64,000 bases of DNA from Alphaproteobacteria bacterium. GTDB taxonomy: Bacteria; Pseudomonadota; Alphaproteobacteria; RF32; CAG-239. The stretch lies in NCBI GenBank assembly GCA_045637985.1, contig JAZUAM010000003.1, positions 6,108-70,107 of the forward strand. The letters run 5' to 3'. A program made the translations under genes and the position numbers. The notes beneath the pieces were generated by a model. That model made no database searches. It was given only the letters and a program-made list of their open reading frames with translations, and was not told the origin of the DNA. Shown in pieces: positions 17,241-26,757 of this stretch. Positions within the stretch are counted from its first letter, which is position 1. The number at the start of each line of letters is the position of its first letter.

Positions 17241-17375
17241 GGACACCTCCATTAACATCATTTGTTATAATACCATAAAAAAATGTAAAAAACATTAAAA
17301 AAATGACAGGATTGTTTTTTGGCGTATCAAAGATTATATCCTTGTTATATTTTGTTGTTTTTTAGGATAAATGAT

Positions 17376-17837
17376 ATGAATAAGATCATCTTTTGTATTT
17401 TGGGCGGATATTTGTTTGTTAGCGGAAATGTTTATGCGGATAATAAAAATTTAACAGATACGGTTGTTTATGGTGCGGCCAAGACTTCTGATGGTGGTGA
17501 AAATGTGTTTGTGGTTGAACAGCCGAATGGGAATATTAATCCTTTAGGGGATCCGTTACCAAACAGCGGTAATCCTCCAAAGGATTTTGATGTTGATACA
17601 GAAAATAATACTATTGATAAAAACAAACAATGGCAAGATACTCCATCAGTACCATTACCATTGCAAAACGAAAACAATATAGAAAAAGCTGTTGATTTGG
17701 GAAAAGATTTTCAAAATACATTGATGGAAGCTAACGGAAGAGTATATGACATACAATCTTATCCGGAACAAGATTTTAAAGTTATGGGAAATCCCAGTGA
17801 GCCACAGACTATTTATTCGCCAAATGTAAATAATTAA
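17376..17837 (+). CDS. Secreted hypothetical protein
   Basis: Signal peptide MNKIIFCILGGYLFVSGNVYA. The mature part is P/N/D-rich. The start is trimmed to ATG 17376. Confidence 0.5.
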   Translation: MNKIIFCILGGYLFVSGNVYADNKNLTDTVVYGAAKTSDGGENVFVVEQPNGNINPLGDPLPNSGNPPKDFDVDTENNTIDKNKQWQDTPSVPLPLQNENNIEKAVDLGKDFQNTLMEANGRVYDIQSYPEQDFKVMGNPSEPQTIYSPNVNN

Positions 17838-19561
17838 TCACATTCTGTTTGTTGACGTTGAAGAGTTCTGCATTGCCATTTATCTATTAGTTGGTTGGCC
17901 GGTTCTAAAGATATTTCCTGATTGGTTGTTTCGACAGCAGAACCAAGATGAGTAAAGTATTTGTCATCACAGTTGATGTCATTGTTATCTACTAACGGAT
18001 ATTCCGCATCATCATAAGTTGTCAAAAGTTTGGTGTATTTTTGTAAATGGATACTGCTTAAAGTGTTATGTAAGTCAGGGTTATTGCTTGTAGATATTAG
18101 TTTTATATAAGGAGTATCAAGAACACTTCGTTGTTTTATGACAACATTTGCTGTTTCTGCTATTATACCGCCACTAACTTTAGCACGAGAATTACATCCG
18201 AAAACAATACTTTCATTATCAGGCGAATTGTTAGCGGTATCTTTGTATTTTAGGATACCTTTGATTAATATTTCGGCATACGATTTTGTTTTTAAGAAGC
18301 CGATTAGATTTCCTTTTATACCTAATGATGCATCTTTGCCGAGAGTAACGTTACCCGTAACGTTGCCGGTTGTGATGAATTTTGACGAATCGGATACATT
18401 TATATCTGTACAAATATTTGATGCTCCCATGATGCTTAAAACTCCCGAGACATTGATGGATGTTCCTTTTAACGGACAATCCGGTGCATCTCCGGTAATT
18501 TTTATGCGAACATTTTCAAATGTTCCGTTTGCCGGTAAAATAGCCGGAGTTTCAAAATTTAAGATAAAGTTTACATTGCTGATGTTTCTATTAAAAATTT
18601 CAGCATAAACAGGTAAACTGTTATTATTTATATTTAAGGTTATTTCCGGACGAATATTTGATGAACAAGCGTTAGATAATTTGCCGTAAAGAGAACGTAT
18701 ATTGGTTTTTGATAAATCTAAAGCAGGATCTGTTTCATCAGAGGAGAATATGTCTGCTTCGGGGAACATTTCTGTTGCCAATTTGAAGCAGTTTGTATGA
18801 CATCTTTTTAATTCATTGTGTTCGGGACAAATTTCAGGATCTTCGCTTGAACCGCAAGATGAATACAAAAATCCTTTTTCTTTGCAGTGCATTTCCGGTG
18901 TTTTACAAGCACTGTACAGGCTTTTTTGCCCTTTTAAGCAAGATGGAGTTTGTTGAGATAATGGGCCATAAATACAATCTTGAAAATCTTCACAGGGAGC
19001 CTCAATTACATTGGTTTTTACGATACCGTCACAAGTGGTGCAAGTCGGACCGTCTGCAATATATCCGGCAGGAATTTCTGCTAATATATGAGAAAATGAC
19101 GGACAATCGTCACAACATTTGCCGAAATCGTCGTTGTAAGGACAGCGTACGTTTGTCAGTTGGCATTTTGTTTGTGATGTATAGCCGGCATCAATACATG
19201 CTTTTTCAATGTTTTCTTGGCAAGCACGATACATCGGATATTTGTTATCGCATATTTTTACGGGGTAGGTTGGTAGTTTGCAATCTTGAGCCAAATAATT
19301 GAAATTATTGTTGCGACACCATTGTTCTTGTGAGCAACTTCTATAATACGCATCATGATAAGGACAGCGATCTGCAGGAGCTGTTTGATTGTTGCAATTA
19401 GCGTAAGTTATTTTGTAACCTTCATCGATACATTTTTTTTCAGAACGACTTAAATTGTGGTTATTATATGTATTGGTGGCAAAATCCGGAACAACAGAAG
19501 CGAATACAGATGTACTGAAGAGTAAGAATCCTAGTAAAATTGTTTTTTTTATGTGTGTCAT
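17834..19561 (-). CDS. Cysteine-rich secreted protein (575 aa) with reiterated C-x-[DE]-x-G-[YF]..C..CP modules and a Cys-poor beta-rich C-terminal half
   Basis: Signal peptide MTHIKKTILLGFLLFSTSVFA (start trimmed to ATG 19561). There are about 40 Cys in ORF residues 57-271. The C-terminal half has N/G/T-rich repeats (GNVTGNVTLGKDASLGIKGNLIG) and ends in QCRTLQRQQTECD. Confidence 0.7.
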   Translation of the reverse strand: MTHIKKTILLGFLLFSTSVFASVVPDFATNTYNNHNLSRSEKKCIDEGYKITYANCNNQTAPADRCPYHDAYYRSCSQEQWCRNNNFNYLAQDCKLPTYPVKICDNKYPMYRACQENIEKACIDAGYTSQTKCQLTNVRCPYNDDFGKCCDDCPSFSHILAEIPAGYIADGPTCTTCDGIVKTNVIEAPCEDFQDCIYGPLSQQTPSCLKGQKSLYSACKTPEMHCKEKGFLYSSCGSSEDPEICPEHNELKRCHTNCFKLATEMFPEADIFSSDETDPALDLSKTNIRSLYGKLSNACSSNIRPEITLNINNNSLPVYAEIFNRNISNVNFILNFETPAILPANGTFENVRIKITGDAPDCPLKGTSINVSGVLSIMGASNICTDINVSDSSKFITTGNVTGNVTLGKDASLGIKGNLIGFLKTKSYAEILIKGILKYKDTANNSPDNESIVFGCNSRAKVSGGIIAETANVVIKQRSVLDTPYIKLISTSNNPDLHNTLSSIHLQKYTKLLTTYDDAEYPLVDNNDINCDDKYFTHLGSAVETTNQEISLEPANQLIDKWQCRTLQRQQTECD

Positions 19562-19759
19562 TGTTGTTCTCGTCAATTTATCATATAAGATTATGTACAA
19601 ATTCTATTATAAAATAACGTGTTAAATTTAATATAGAGTTAAAATTGTATTTTTTTGACAAAATGCGTTTTTTTGACTAGATTTAAACCCAATTTTGTGG
19701 TATGTTATCGCTTGTAATGAAAATTTACAACCCGATAATTAAAAAAATAGGTGGGGAAA

Positions 19760-20266
19760 ATGAACAAAAAAATAACAGTACATAATCCGTATGTTACTGG
19801 TGAGTATGTTGTTTATCCTGCTCACGGTGTGGGTAAGGTGTCGGATGTTACCAAACAAAATATTGCCGGTACAGAGTTGGAATTGATTGTGGTTAATTTT
19901 GATAAAGACAAAATGACTTTGCGGATTCCTATGGCAAAAGCTGAAAATTCCGGTTTGCGCAAAATTTCCAGTGCTGAAACAATAGCTGATGCTATGACTA
20001 CCTTAAAAGGAAAAGCCAAGGTTAAAAAGGTTATGTGGTCACGTCGAGCTCAGGAATATGAAAATAAAATAAATTCAGGAAGTCCTGTGGCAATTGCAGA
20101 GGTTATTCGTGACTTGCATCGTAATGAAAATTTGGCTGAACAGTCTTATAGTGAAAGACAAATTTATGAACAAGCATTGGATAGATTATCTAATGAGTAT
20201 GCCGTGTTTGAAAATATTTCAACAGCTGATGCTACACGCAAAATTTTGGATATCTTAACCAAATAA
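19760..20266 (+). CDS. cdnL: CarD/CdnL-family RNA-polymerase-binding transcription factor
   Basis: EYVVYPAHGVGKV...ELIVVNFDKDKMTLRIPM is the CarD_CdnL_TRCF N-domain signature. The start is trimmed to ATG 19760. Confidence 0.85.
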   Translation: MNKKITVHNPYVTGEYVVYPAHGVGKVSDVTKQNIAGTELELIVVNFDKDKMTLRIPMAKAENSGLRKISSAETIADAMTTLKGKAKVKKVMWSRRAQEYENKINSGSPVAIAEVIRDLHRNENLAEQSYSERQIYEQALDRLSNEYAVFENISTADATRKILDILTK

Positions 20267-20290
20267 ATCTTAATTTGTTTTGTTGAAAAA

Positions 20291-20319
20291 AAGGTGTTCA
20301 GTTGAATACCTTTTTTTTT
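20291..20319 (+). terminator. Intrinsic terminator of cdnL
   Basis: AAGGTGTTC-AGTT-GAATACCTT followed by a T-run. Confidence 0.7.
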
Positions 20320-20421
20320 GAGTATAACTTTGGGGATAAAATTTATCTGAACTTGTTTTATCAATAATCGGATTTAGGATAAGGTTAACAAAGTGTTAAC
20401 GAATCCTTGCTGAGGTATTAA

Positions 20422-20826
20422 ATGAGTTTTACAGATGATTTAGTCAGTCTTCAAACGGATGGGATAATGGTATCTGCCGGTTCGGTGTTGGTTGATGAAA
20501 ACGCTGAAAATGATTATATGTGGGGTTATTATTTGTGTATAGAAAATAATACCGCTACTCGTATTCGTTTAGTTGGAAAAGATTGGAATATAACCGATGA
20601 AAAAGGGAATCGGTATAATGATAGCTCTATGGGGTTTAAAGGAGAATTGCCGGAATTAGAGCCGGGTGAATATTTTGAATATACTTCGTATGCTCCGTTA
20701 AAATCAAAAAATGCCGTATTTTACGGTTCTTGCAAAGTGCAGAGTGAAGGAAAAAGTCGTAATGTAAAAGTGCCGACTTTCAGTTTGTCGGCACGTAAGC
20801 AGTTTTCACCATCTGTTTTGAATTAG
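20422..20826 (+). CDS. apaG: ApaG (DUF525) protein
   Basis: YMWGYYLCIENNTATRIRLVGKDWNITDEKGN...GELPELEPGEYFEYTS matches the ApaG pattern. Confidence 0.85.
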   Translation: MSFTDDLVSLQTDGIMVSAGSVLVDENAENDYMWGYYLCIENNTATRIRLVGKDWNITDEKGNRYNDSSMGFKGELPELEPGEYFEYTSYAPLKSKNAVFYGSCKVQSEGKSRNVKVPTFSLSARKQFSPSVLN

Positions 20827-21452
20827 TAGTATGTCGGAACAATTTCCTGATTGACAATAAATGCATTGAGATATTGGTGAATATTAATAGTCATTCTGTC
20901 GTTAAAATCATCAAACAATTTTTTAACCATATTGTTCCAGTAGATTTCTTTATTGGCAATATCAGTGTTTGCGGGTATTGTCAAACTGCGCCATGCCTCG
21001 ACTTCGGTAGATGCTTGCGCTAAACTGTCGGGATCTGACACCTTGACGGATACAACTAAACGGGCAGAGTATTTAACTTTATCTTTCTCAAATATCTGAC
21101 TGCTTTCTTCTAATTCTTCCGTAACAGAAGCATCTTTAATTGTTACTTCGGCGATTTTAGCAGATGAAAAGTCAGCAGCTTTTAATCTGTCTGAAGCCCA
21201 AAGTTTTGCTGTTTTTTCAATCGAAACAGGGAACAGATGTTCGACATTGGGACGAGTGAACGAAGGTGTAAATTCAGAAATTATATCAATTTTGTTAACC
21301 TTTAATTCAATAGGTTTTTCGTTTTGAAAACGAGGTTCGCTATAACGAGGAAGATCCTCGTCAGCAGTTCCGAACAAAGTACCGCAAGCGCTTAGGGCAA
21401 AAGTTAACCCTATAAGCGATAAAATTTTGGTTGTATATGTCATTTTTTTCAA
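20823..21452 (-). CDS. Lipoprotein, unknown function
   Basis: Lipobox LTFALSAC after a signal peptide. No family recognised. Confidence 0.55.
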   Translation of the reverse strand: MKKMTYTTKILSLIGLTFALSACGTLFGTADEDLPRYSEPRFQNEKPIELKVNKIDIISEFTPSFTRPNVEHLFPVSIEKTAKLWASDRLKAADFSSAKIAEVTIKDASVTEELEESSQIFEKDKVKYSARLVVSVKVSDPDSLAQASTEVEAWRSLTIPANTDIANKEIYWNNMVKKLFDDFNDRMTINIHQYLNAFIVNQEIVPTYY

Positions 21453-21533
21453 CCCTATATGTATACAAAACAGACAGCTACAAGAATATAGCTGTCTGCA
21501 GTATATGTTATAATTAATTAAAAACTGGTTAAC

Positions 21534-22451
21534 CTATTGTTTTTTCAATTCGGCAGGGTTAAAGCAATATTCTTCCGAACAAAAATGACAAGTAGCTTTA
21601 ATTTTTCCATCTTCAACCATTGCCATGATATCTTCGTTTGAAAAAGTGCTAAGTGTCGCAAGTAATTTGTCTCGGCTACATCTGCAACCAAAGTTATATT
21701 CTTTGGTTTGATTTATATTTAAATTGTTGCTATGGAACAGTCTGTGTAATATTTCATCAGATGAAAGATTGGCATTAAATACTTCGTCTTCAGATAAACT
21801 TTCCATAAAGATGCCGGCTTCGTTCCAAGCTTCGGCAGCTGCTTCTTCATTAATTTCATTTCCGCCTTTTATAGGCATTTTTTGTAACATTATTCCTGCT
21901 GCAAGCCAAGATTTGCTCTCACCTTGAGGGGCATGCAAAAATAATTTCAGTTTGGTGTCTATTTGTTCTGATTGTTTGAAATAGCGTAAAGCACATTCGG
22001 TAAGATTTTTTCCTTGTAAGTCAACAATACCTTGATAAAGTTCAGAATTTTTTCCTTGATCAACAGTAAAAGCAAGATGACCTCCACCCATCAAATGTGG
22101 AGCGGCTTCGATTTGTCCGGAAGTTTTACGAAGAGCTTGTCCTTTTTCAAGTCGTTCATTATCAAAACGTGCGCAAGCTCTTATTTTACCATCAGATGTT
22201 ACATCAATTACGACCATAGGAACCGGACCATTGCTTTGAGTTTGAAGAGTAAATAATCCGTCATATTTTAAGGTGCTTGCAAGCATCGCTGCCAAAACTG
22301 TACATTCGGCTATTACGGCAGAGACGGGCAGAGGATAAGCATGTTTTGTTAATATTGTATCTAATACATTGTTTAATCTGATTAAACGTCCTTGATAAGC
22401 TCCGTTATCAATGAAGAAAGATACACAATTATCAAAATTTTTATTAGGCAT
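21534..22451 (-). CDS. hslO: Redox-regulated chaperone Hsp33
   Basis: C-terminal zinc centre CRCSRDKL...CHFCSEEY (CxC...CxxC), with typical Hsp33 length and N-domain. Confidence 0.9.
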   Translation of the reverse strand: MPNKNFDNCVSFFIDNGAYQGRLIRLNNVLDTILTKHAYPLPVSAVIAECTVLAAMLASTLKYDGLFTLQTQSNGPVPMVVIDVTSDGKIRACARFDNERLEKGQALRKTSGQIEAAPHLMGGGHLAFTVDQGKNSELYQGIVDLQGKNLTECALRYFKQSEQIDTKLKLFLHAPQGESKSWLAAGIMLQKMPIKGGNEINEEAAAEAWNEAGIFMESLSEDEVFNANLSSDEILHRLFHSNNLNINQTKEYNFGCRCSRDKLLATLSTFSNEDIMAMVEDGKIKATCHFCSEEYCFNPAELKKQ

Positions 22452-22521
22452 AGGTTAAAATCCTTTGTATACTATTTTAAAAGTTTAATTATCCTATAAT
22501 CCAAAAAGAGAGAATTTTCAA

Positions 22522-23067
22522 GTGTTGTCGGAAAATAAAAAAGAATATATTAAAAAAATACCAAAAAAGATAACTCAGCAAAGATTGAAAAATATTGCGC
22601 TGTATTATTTAAAGCGATTTGAAACAACGGAGTACAAATTGCGTAGTGTTTTAAAACGCAGAGTTGATGGTTATGCTTATTTTGATAAAGATTTTGATAG
22701 AAATATGGCGTATTGTTGGATAGATGAATTGGTTAGAGATTTTGTCAGGTTGAAATATATTGATGATGAACGATATGCCGAAATAAAAATAAGAAATTAT
22801 TTAGCTATCGGAAAATCTCCCAGATATGTGTTAAATAAAATGAAAGAAAGAGGTATCGATGAGGGGTTAGCCACAAAGTTGTTAGAAGAACAAGAGTATG
22901 ATCCTTTAGAATCGGCAATGAAATTAGCTAAGAAAAAGAAAATAGGACCATTTTGTGAAGATGAAAATTTGCGAAGAGAACGTCGTAATAAAGATATGGG
23001 GGTTTTAATCAGAGCCGGTTTTGATTATGATGTGGCAATAAGAGTATTGGAAACGGAGGCGGAATAA
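22522..23067 (+). CDS. recX: RecX-like regulatory protein
   Basis: 181-aa all-helical basic protein. LKNIALYYLKRFETTEYKLRSVLKRRV and repeated helical modules fit RecX. It has a GTG start. Confidence 0.55.
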   Translation: MLSENKKEYIKKIPKKITQQRLKNIALYYLKRFETTEYKLRSVLKRRVDGYAYFDKDFDRNMAYCWIDELVRDFVRLKYIDDERYAEIKIRNYLAIGKSPRYVLNKMKERGIDEGLATKLLEEQEYDPLESAMKLAKKKKIGPFCEDENLRRERRNKDMGVLIRAGFDYDVAIRVLETEAE

Positions 23068-23102
23068 AAAAAGAGCTTCGTTTTGGACGAAGCTCTTTTT
23101 TT
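23066..23102. terminator. Bidirectional intrinsic terminator
   Basis: A6-AGAGCTTCG-TTTTGGA-CGAAGCTCT-T6 between convergent recX and the DUF378 gene. Confidence 0.8.
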
Positions 23103-23106
23103 ATGA

Positions 23107-23328
23107 TTAGTTCATTTTGTGATTTACAGCTTCACGCAAAGAACAGGCCGGTGCAAACATCATTGTGATTGCCGATAAACCTACTAAAGCATAAATAATT
23201 CGACTTAACAGACTCATCGGGCCAAAGATATAAGCGACCAAATCAAATCCGAAAAATCCTACTAACCCCCAGTTTAGTCCGCCAATAAGTGTCAAGACCA
23301 AAGCTGTAGTACGCATCCAGTTACTCAT
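23107..23328 (-). CDS. DUF378 small membrane protein
   Basis: LIGGLNWGLVGFFGFDLVAYIFG is the DUF378 signature. Confidence 0.8.
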   Translation of the reverse strand: MSNWMRTTALVLTLIGGLNWGLVGFFGFDLVAYIFGPMSLLSRIIYALVGLSAITMMFAPACSLREAVNHKMN

Positions 23329-23368
23329 GACAAAATCTCCTGTTTATTTTTGAATACTTTTATGATAT

Positions 23369-24109
23369 ATGACAGATAAGAAAGTTTTCAATGCAGGTTA
23401 TGAGGAAAAAATGTATAGCGAAAAGTTTAAGACTTTTATTGATATGTGGCGTGAAGAGTTTGCTATAGAACGTTCTATTGACGAGAAAGTTTGTGTCGAT
23501 AAAGAAGGAAATCCAATTCCGTGGTATACATATCCGGCAATAGAGTATTTAAGCCAGTTTGATTATAGTGATAAAAAAATATTTGAGTTTGGTTGCGCTT
23601 ATTCGTCATTGTTTTGGGCTAAGCGTGCAAAACAAGTAATCTCAATAGAAGATAACTTAAATTGGTTTGAAAAATGGAAGAATGAATTTAATGAGACAAA
23701 TCTTGATATCAGGTGGCGCGATGAAGGTGAAATTTATGAACAAGCCATATTTGAGAATAGTGAAAAATATGATGTTATTGTTGTTGACGGCAAAAGGCGT
23801 TGGCAGTGTTGTGAAACGGCAATAAAAGCATTGGCTGATGGCGGAATGATTATTTTGGATGATAGCGATAGGATAAATACCTCGCAAGAATATGTTAAAT
23901 CGGTAGAAATATTGCGTTCGGCTGATTTGTTGCAAGTGGATTTTTATGGTTTTTGTCCGATGAATGCTTATACAAAAGCAACCTCGGTATTTTTTACTCG
24001 TAATTTTAGTTTTGAATCCCTTTACAAGGTTCAACCTATCAATGGAATAGGAAATTTGTGGTCTAAATCCAGAAAAGGGCGAAAAGAACTATATAAAAAG
24101 CTTATTTGA
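23369..24109 (+). CDS. Putative class I SAM-dependent methyltransferase-fold protein
   Basis: Motif I-like IFEFGCAYSS, then VISIEDN, DVIVVDG and GGMIILDD. This spacing is typical of the Rossmann MTase fold. The substrate is unknown. Confidence 0.4.
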   Translation: MTDKKVFNAGYEEKMYSEKFKTFIDMWREEFAIERSIDEKVCVDKEGNPIPWYTYPAIEYLSQFDYSDKKIFEFGCAYSSLFWAKRAKQVISIEDNLNWFEKWKNEFNETNLDIRWRDEGEIYEQAIFENSEKYDVIVVDGKRRWQCCETAIKALADGGMIILDDSDRINTSQEYVKSVEILRSADLLQVDFYGFCPMNAYTKATSVFFTRNFSFESLYKVQPINGIGNLWSKSRKGRKELYKKLI

Positions 24110-24205
24110 TAGGTGTATTGATATAAACATAAAGTATAATAAAAAGCTTGATGTTCTTATAAAAATATGGTATGTTTTACATACGAACATTAAGAAAAAT
24201 AGATT

Positions 24206-24667
24206 ATGTTAAGATTATTAAAAAAATTGCTAAAGAGAAACCGGAGGTTTTCTTTAGTTTATGTAGATGCAGGTGGCAATGTCACATATTCTAAATCAAT
24301 AGACAGTTGCCGTTTAAACGACATAAGGGGCATTATGCTCAATAATGAAATTGAATTAGAGGTTATGGCAGTCCCATTTATGACCTATGCAGCGTCTGTG
24401 AAAAAAGCTTCGGCTAATAAAGCTGAGCTCTTGTCTGTAAAGTACAAAGACTTGTATATTAAGAGTCTTAGGCCTTTCAACGATTTAATTTATGAGCTTA
24501 TGAATGCAGGCCATAGGACAGCGGCTCCGTTTTATCATTGTGATCCGGTTTGGTGCCAAGAACATGATGATGAATATGCAGCCGGTTTGGAAATTAGCAG
24601 CGAAATCCATCAGGGAAATTATTTTCAATATTTTCCTGCGTGGTGTCGGTTACAGCACAGACATTAA
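24206..24667 (+). CDS. Hypothetical protein (153 aa)
   Basis: ORF with a basic N-terminus and an H/C/W-rich C-terminus. No family recognised. Confidence 0.4.
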   Translation: MLRLLKKLLKRNRRFSLVYVDAGGNVTYSKSIDSCRLNDIRGIMLNNEIELEVMAVPFMTYAASVKKASANKAELLSVKYKDLYIKSLRPFNDLIYELMNAGHRTAAPFYHCDPVWCQEHDDEYAAGLEISSEIHQGNYFQYFPAWCRLQHRH

Positions 24668-24683
24668 AATTAAACGATGCTTG

Positions 24684-24712
24684 AAGCCCTGCAATTGCAG
24701 GGCTTTGTGCTA
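24684..24712 (+). terminator. Putative terminator
   Basis: Perfect palindrome AAGCCCTGCAATTGCAGGGCTT followed by a weak T-tract. Confidence 0.5.
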
Positions 24713-24760
24713 TTTAAAATAATTGATTCAGAGCATATATAAATACTTAAGAGGTGGCAG

Positions 24761-25663
24761 ATGCTTTGGATTATTAATGGTTTGATATATGGTTTTTTTA
24801 TGGCTCTTTATACGCTTGTAAACCAGAGGCACAAGTTTAACGGATATGTGCTTGGGGTTTGGCGAGGACTTGGGATTGCATTGATTTTTGCGCCGACATT
24901 GTTGTTTATTCCAATTCAAACAGATTGGCGTAATTGGGTTTTGCTTATTATACAAGGAATATTAATAGGAGTTTATGATTCGCATATCTTTTTTGCATCT
25001 GCCAGATATGGGGCGGGCGTTACATCAAAGATGTTGGTATTGAGTGTGTTAGTTACTACTTTGATGTGGTGGGCTTTGACACCGGAGCAATTTCTCAAGT
25101 TGTTTTATAATGAAAGCGTGTTTATCACATTGATTTTGGCTTTTGCGGGTTTTTGTGTTTGTTATTGGTATATGATAAAAAATAAAGTAACTCGAAGGGC
25201 TTTTTGGTATATGTTGCCGGCAATTTTGGCTTTGGCCGGCATGAGTGCAGCAACCAAGGAGATTGCATTGATGGGGCAAGATGTTTGGCACAATATTTTG
25301 TATTATTTGACTGTTTCTACTTTTGTTTCCGGTATTTATAATTTGATTCTATTGCTTAAAAACAAACGATATTATTTTGATTTGACGATAAAATCTATTT
25401 TTGAAAAAAAGATAGTGGCTGTAGGAATTTATATTGTAGGATTTTCAGCGGCATTGATTGCCGCTAAAACGATGGCAATGCGCTTAGCGCCTAATCCGGG
25501 ATATGTGATAACGTTATTACTGACGGCTCCGGTATTTGTGTTTTTACTTAGTTCAAATAATAGGGCAAGCGGAAAGTTAACGGAAAAAGCCGGTTTTGCA
25601 ATGTTGTTTTTTTTGATAATGATAATGTTGCTTATAAATGGTAATTTTAATGTTAATGATTAA
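24761..25663 (+). CDS. Polytopic membrane protein (about 10 TM; DMT/EamA-like topology)
   Basis: 300 aa and highly hydrophobic, with two similar halves. The family call is tentative. Confidence 0.4.
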   Translation: MLWIINGLIYGFFMALYTLVNQRHKFNGYVLGVWRGLGIALIFAPTLLFIPIQTDWRNWVLLIIQGILIGVYDSHIFFASARYGAGVTSKMLVLSVLVTTLMWWALTPEQFLKLFYNESVFITLILAFAGFCVCYWYMIKNKVTRRAFWYMLPAILALAGMSAATKEIALMGQDVWHNILYYLTVSTFVSGIYNLILLLKNKRYYFDLTIKSIFEKKIVAVGIYIVGFSAALIAAKTMAMRLAPNPGYVITLLLTAPVFVFLLSSNNRASGKLTEKAGFAMLFFLIMIMLLINGNFNVND

Positions 25664-26757
25664 GGACAAAGGCCTTCAATTAAATAATTGAGCAGTAAAA
25701 AACCCCGTTTGGTTGTTTTTAGGTGAGTTGATGTTTCAGTTAAATAACCTTGGTTTATCATATTGTTTTTAAAAGATTGATTGATGAAGCGGTCAAAGTT
25801 TAGTGAACAAATTTTTTCAAAATCAGCTTTGTTTATACCTTCGGTTAAACGTAATCCCATAATAATAAGTTCTTCAGCTCGTTCAATCGGTGTTAATTCC
25901 TCTAAAATGACAGGATTGGTTTGAGCATAATTTTTAGCATCTATTTTTAGTCTGCCGTGAGCCGTTGCGCCAATTCCGATATAATCACCACCTAGCCAAT
26001 ATGTCAGATTGTGGCGCGATGCAAAACCGCTTTGACAATAGTTGGCAACTTCATATTTATTATAGCCTTTATTTTGAAGCAAATCTTCGGTATATAAGTA
26101 CATTTGTGAAGCATTTTCTTCATCCATAGTTTTAATACCTCGACGATAAAATAAAGTATTTTCTTCGATAGTCAGTTGGTAGAGAGAAATGTGCTTTAGT
26201 CCGATGGATGTTATTTGATTTAATTGTTTTTGCCATTGTTTAATACTTTGCTCGGGAAGGGCGTACATTAAGTCGACCGAGTGATTATTAAAATTTTTTA
26301 ATACATCATCAATGGCTTTTAGAGCTTGGTTTGAGTTATGGCTTCGGCCTAAAAATTTTAGTTCGTTATCATCAAGCGATTGAACGCCTAAAGATAGTCG
26401 GTTTATTCCGGCTTTGGATAAGTCATAAAAAAGAGTTGGCGAGTTCGTGTTGGGATTAGCTTCGAGAGATATTTCGCAATTAGGAGATAGTTGCCATAAA
26501 TTGTTTATTTTAGTTATAATTTTATCAATATTTTCTGGATAGATTAATGAGGGTGTGCCTCCACCAAAAAATATAGAAATTATGTTGCGATTACCAAGCA
26601 ATTCCTTATATCGGTCAAGTTGTTTTAAGTATTCAGAAATAATGGCATCTTGATTTATTGATTTTTTTACTTGCGAAAAAAAATCACAATAAGGGCATTT
26701 GCTTTTGCAAAACGGCCAATGTATGTAAATACTTAAATTTTGCTCGTTATAAGACAT
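25660..26757 (-). CDS. hemW: Radical SAM heme chaperone HemW (HemN-like, oxygen-independent coproporphyrinogen oxidase family)
   Basis: YIHWPFCKSKCPYCDF (CxxxCxxC), GGGTPS, about 365 aa. The ATG overlaps the hslU stop by 1 nt (TAATG). Confidence 0.85.
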   Translation of the reverse strand: MSYNEQNLSIYIHWPFCKSKCPYCDFFSQVKKSINQDAIISEYLKQLDRYKELLGNRNIISIFFGGGTPSLIYPENIDKIITKINNLWQLSPNCEISLEANPNTNSPTLFYDLSKAGINRLSLGVQSLDDNELKFLGRSHNSNQALKAIDDVLKNFNNHSVDLMYALPEQSIKQWQKQLNQITSIGLKHISLYQLTIEENTLFYRRGIKTMDEENASQMYLYTEDLLQNKGYNKYEVANYCQSGFASRHNLTYWLGGDYIGIGATAHGRLKIDAKNYAQTNPVILEELTPIERAEELIIMGLRLTEGINKADFEKICSLNFDRFINQSFKNNMINQGYLTETSTHLKTTKRGFLLLNYLIEGLCP

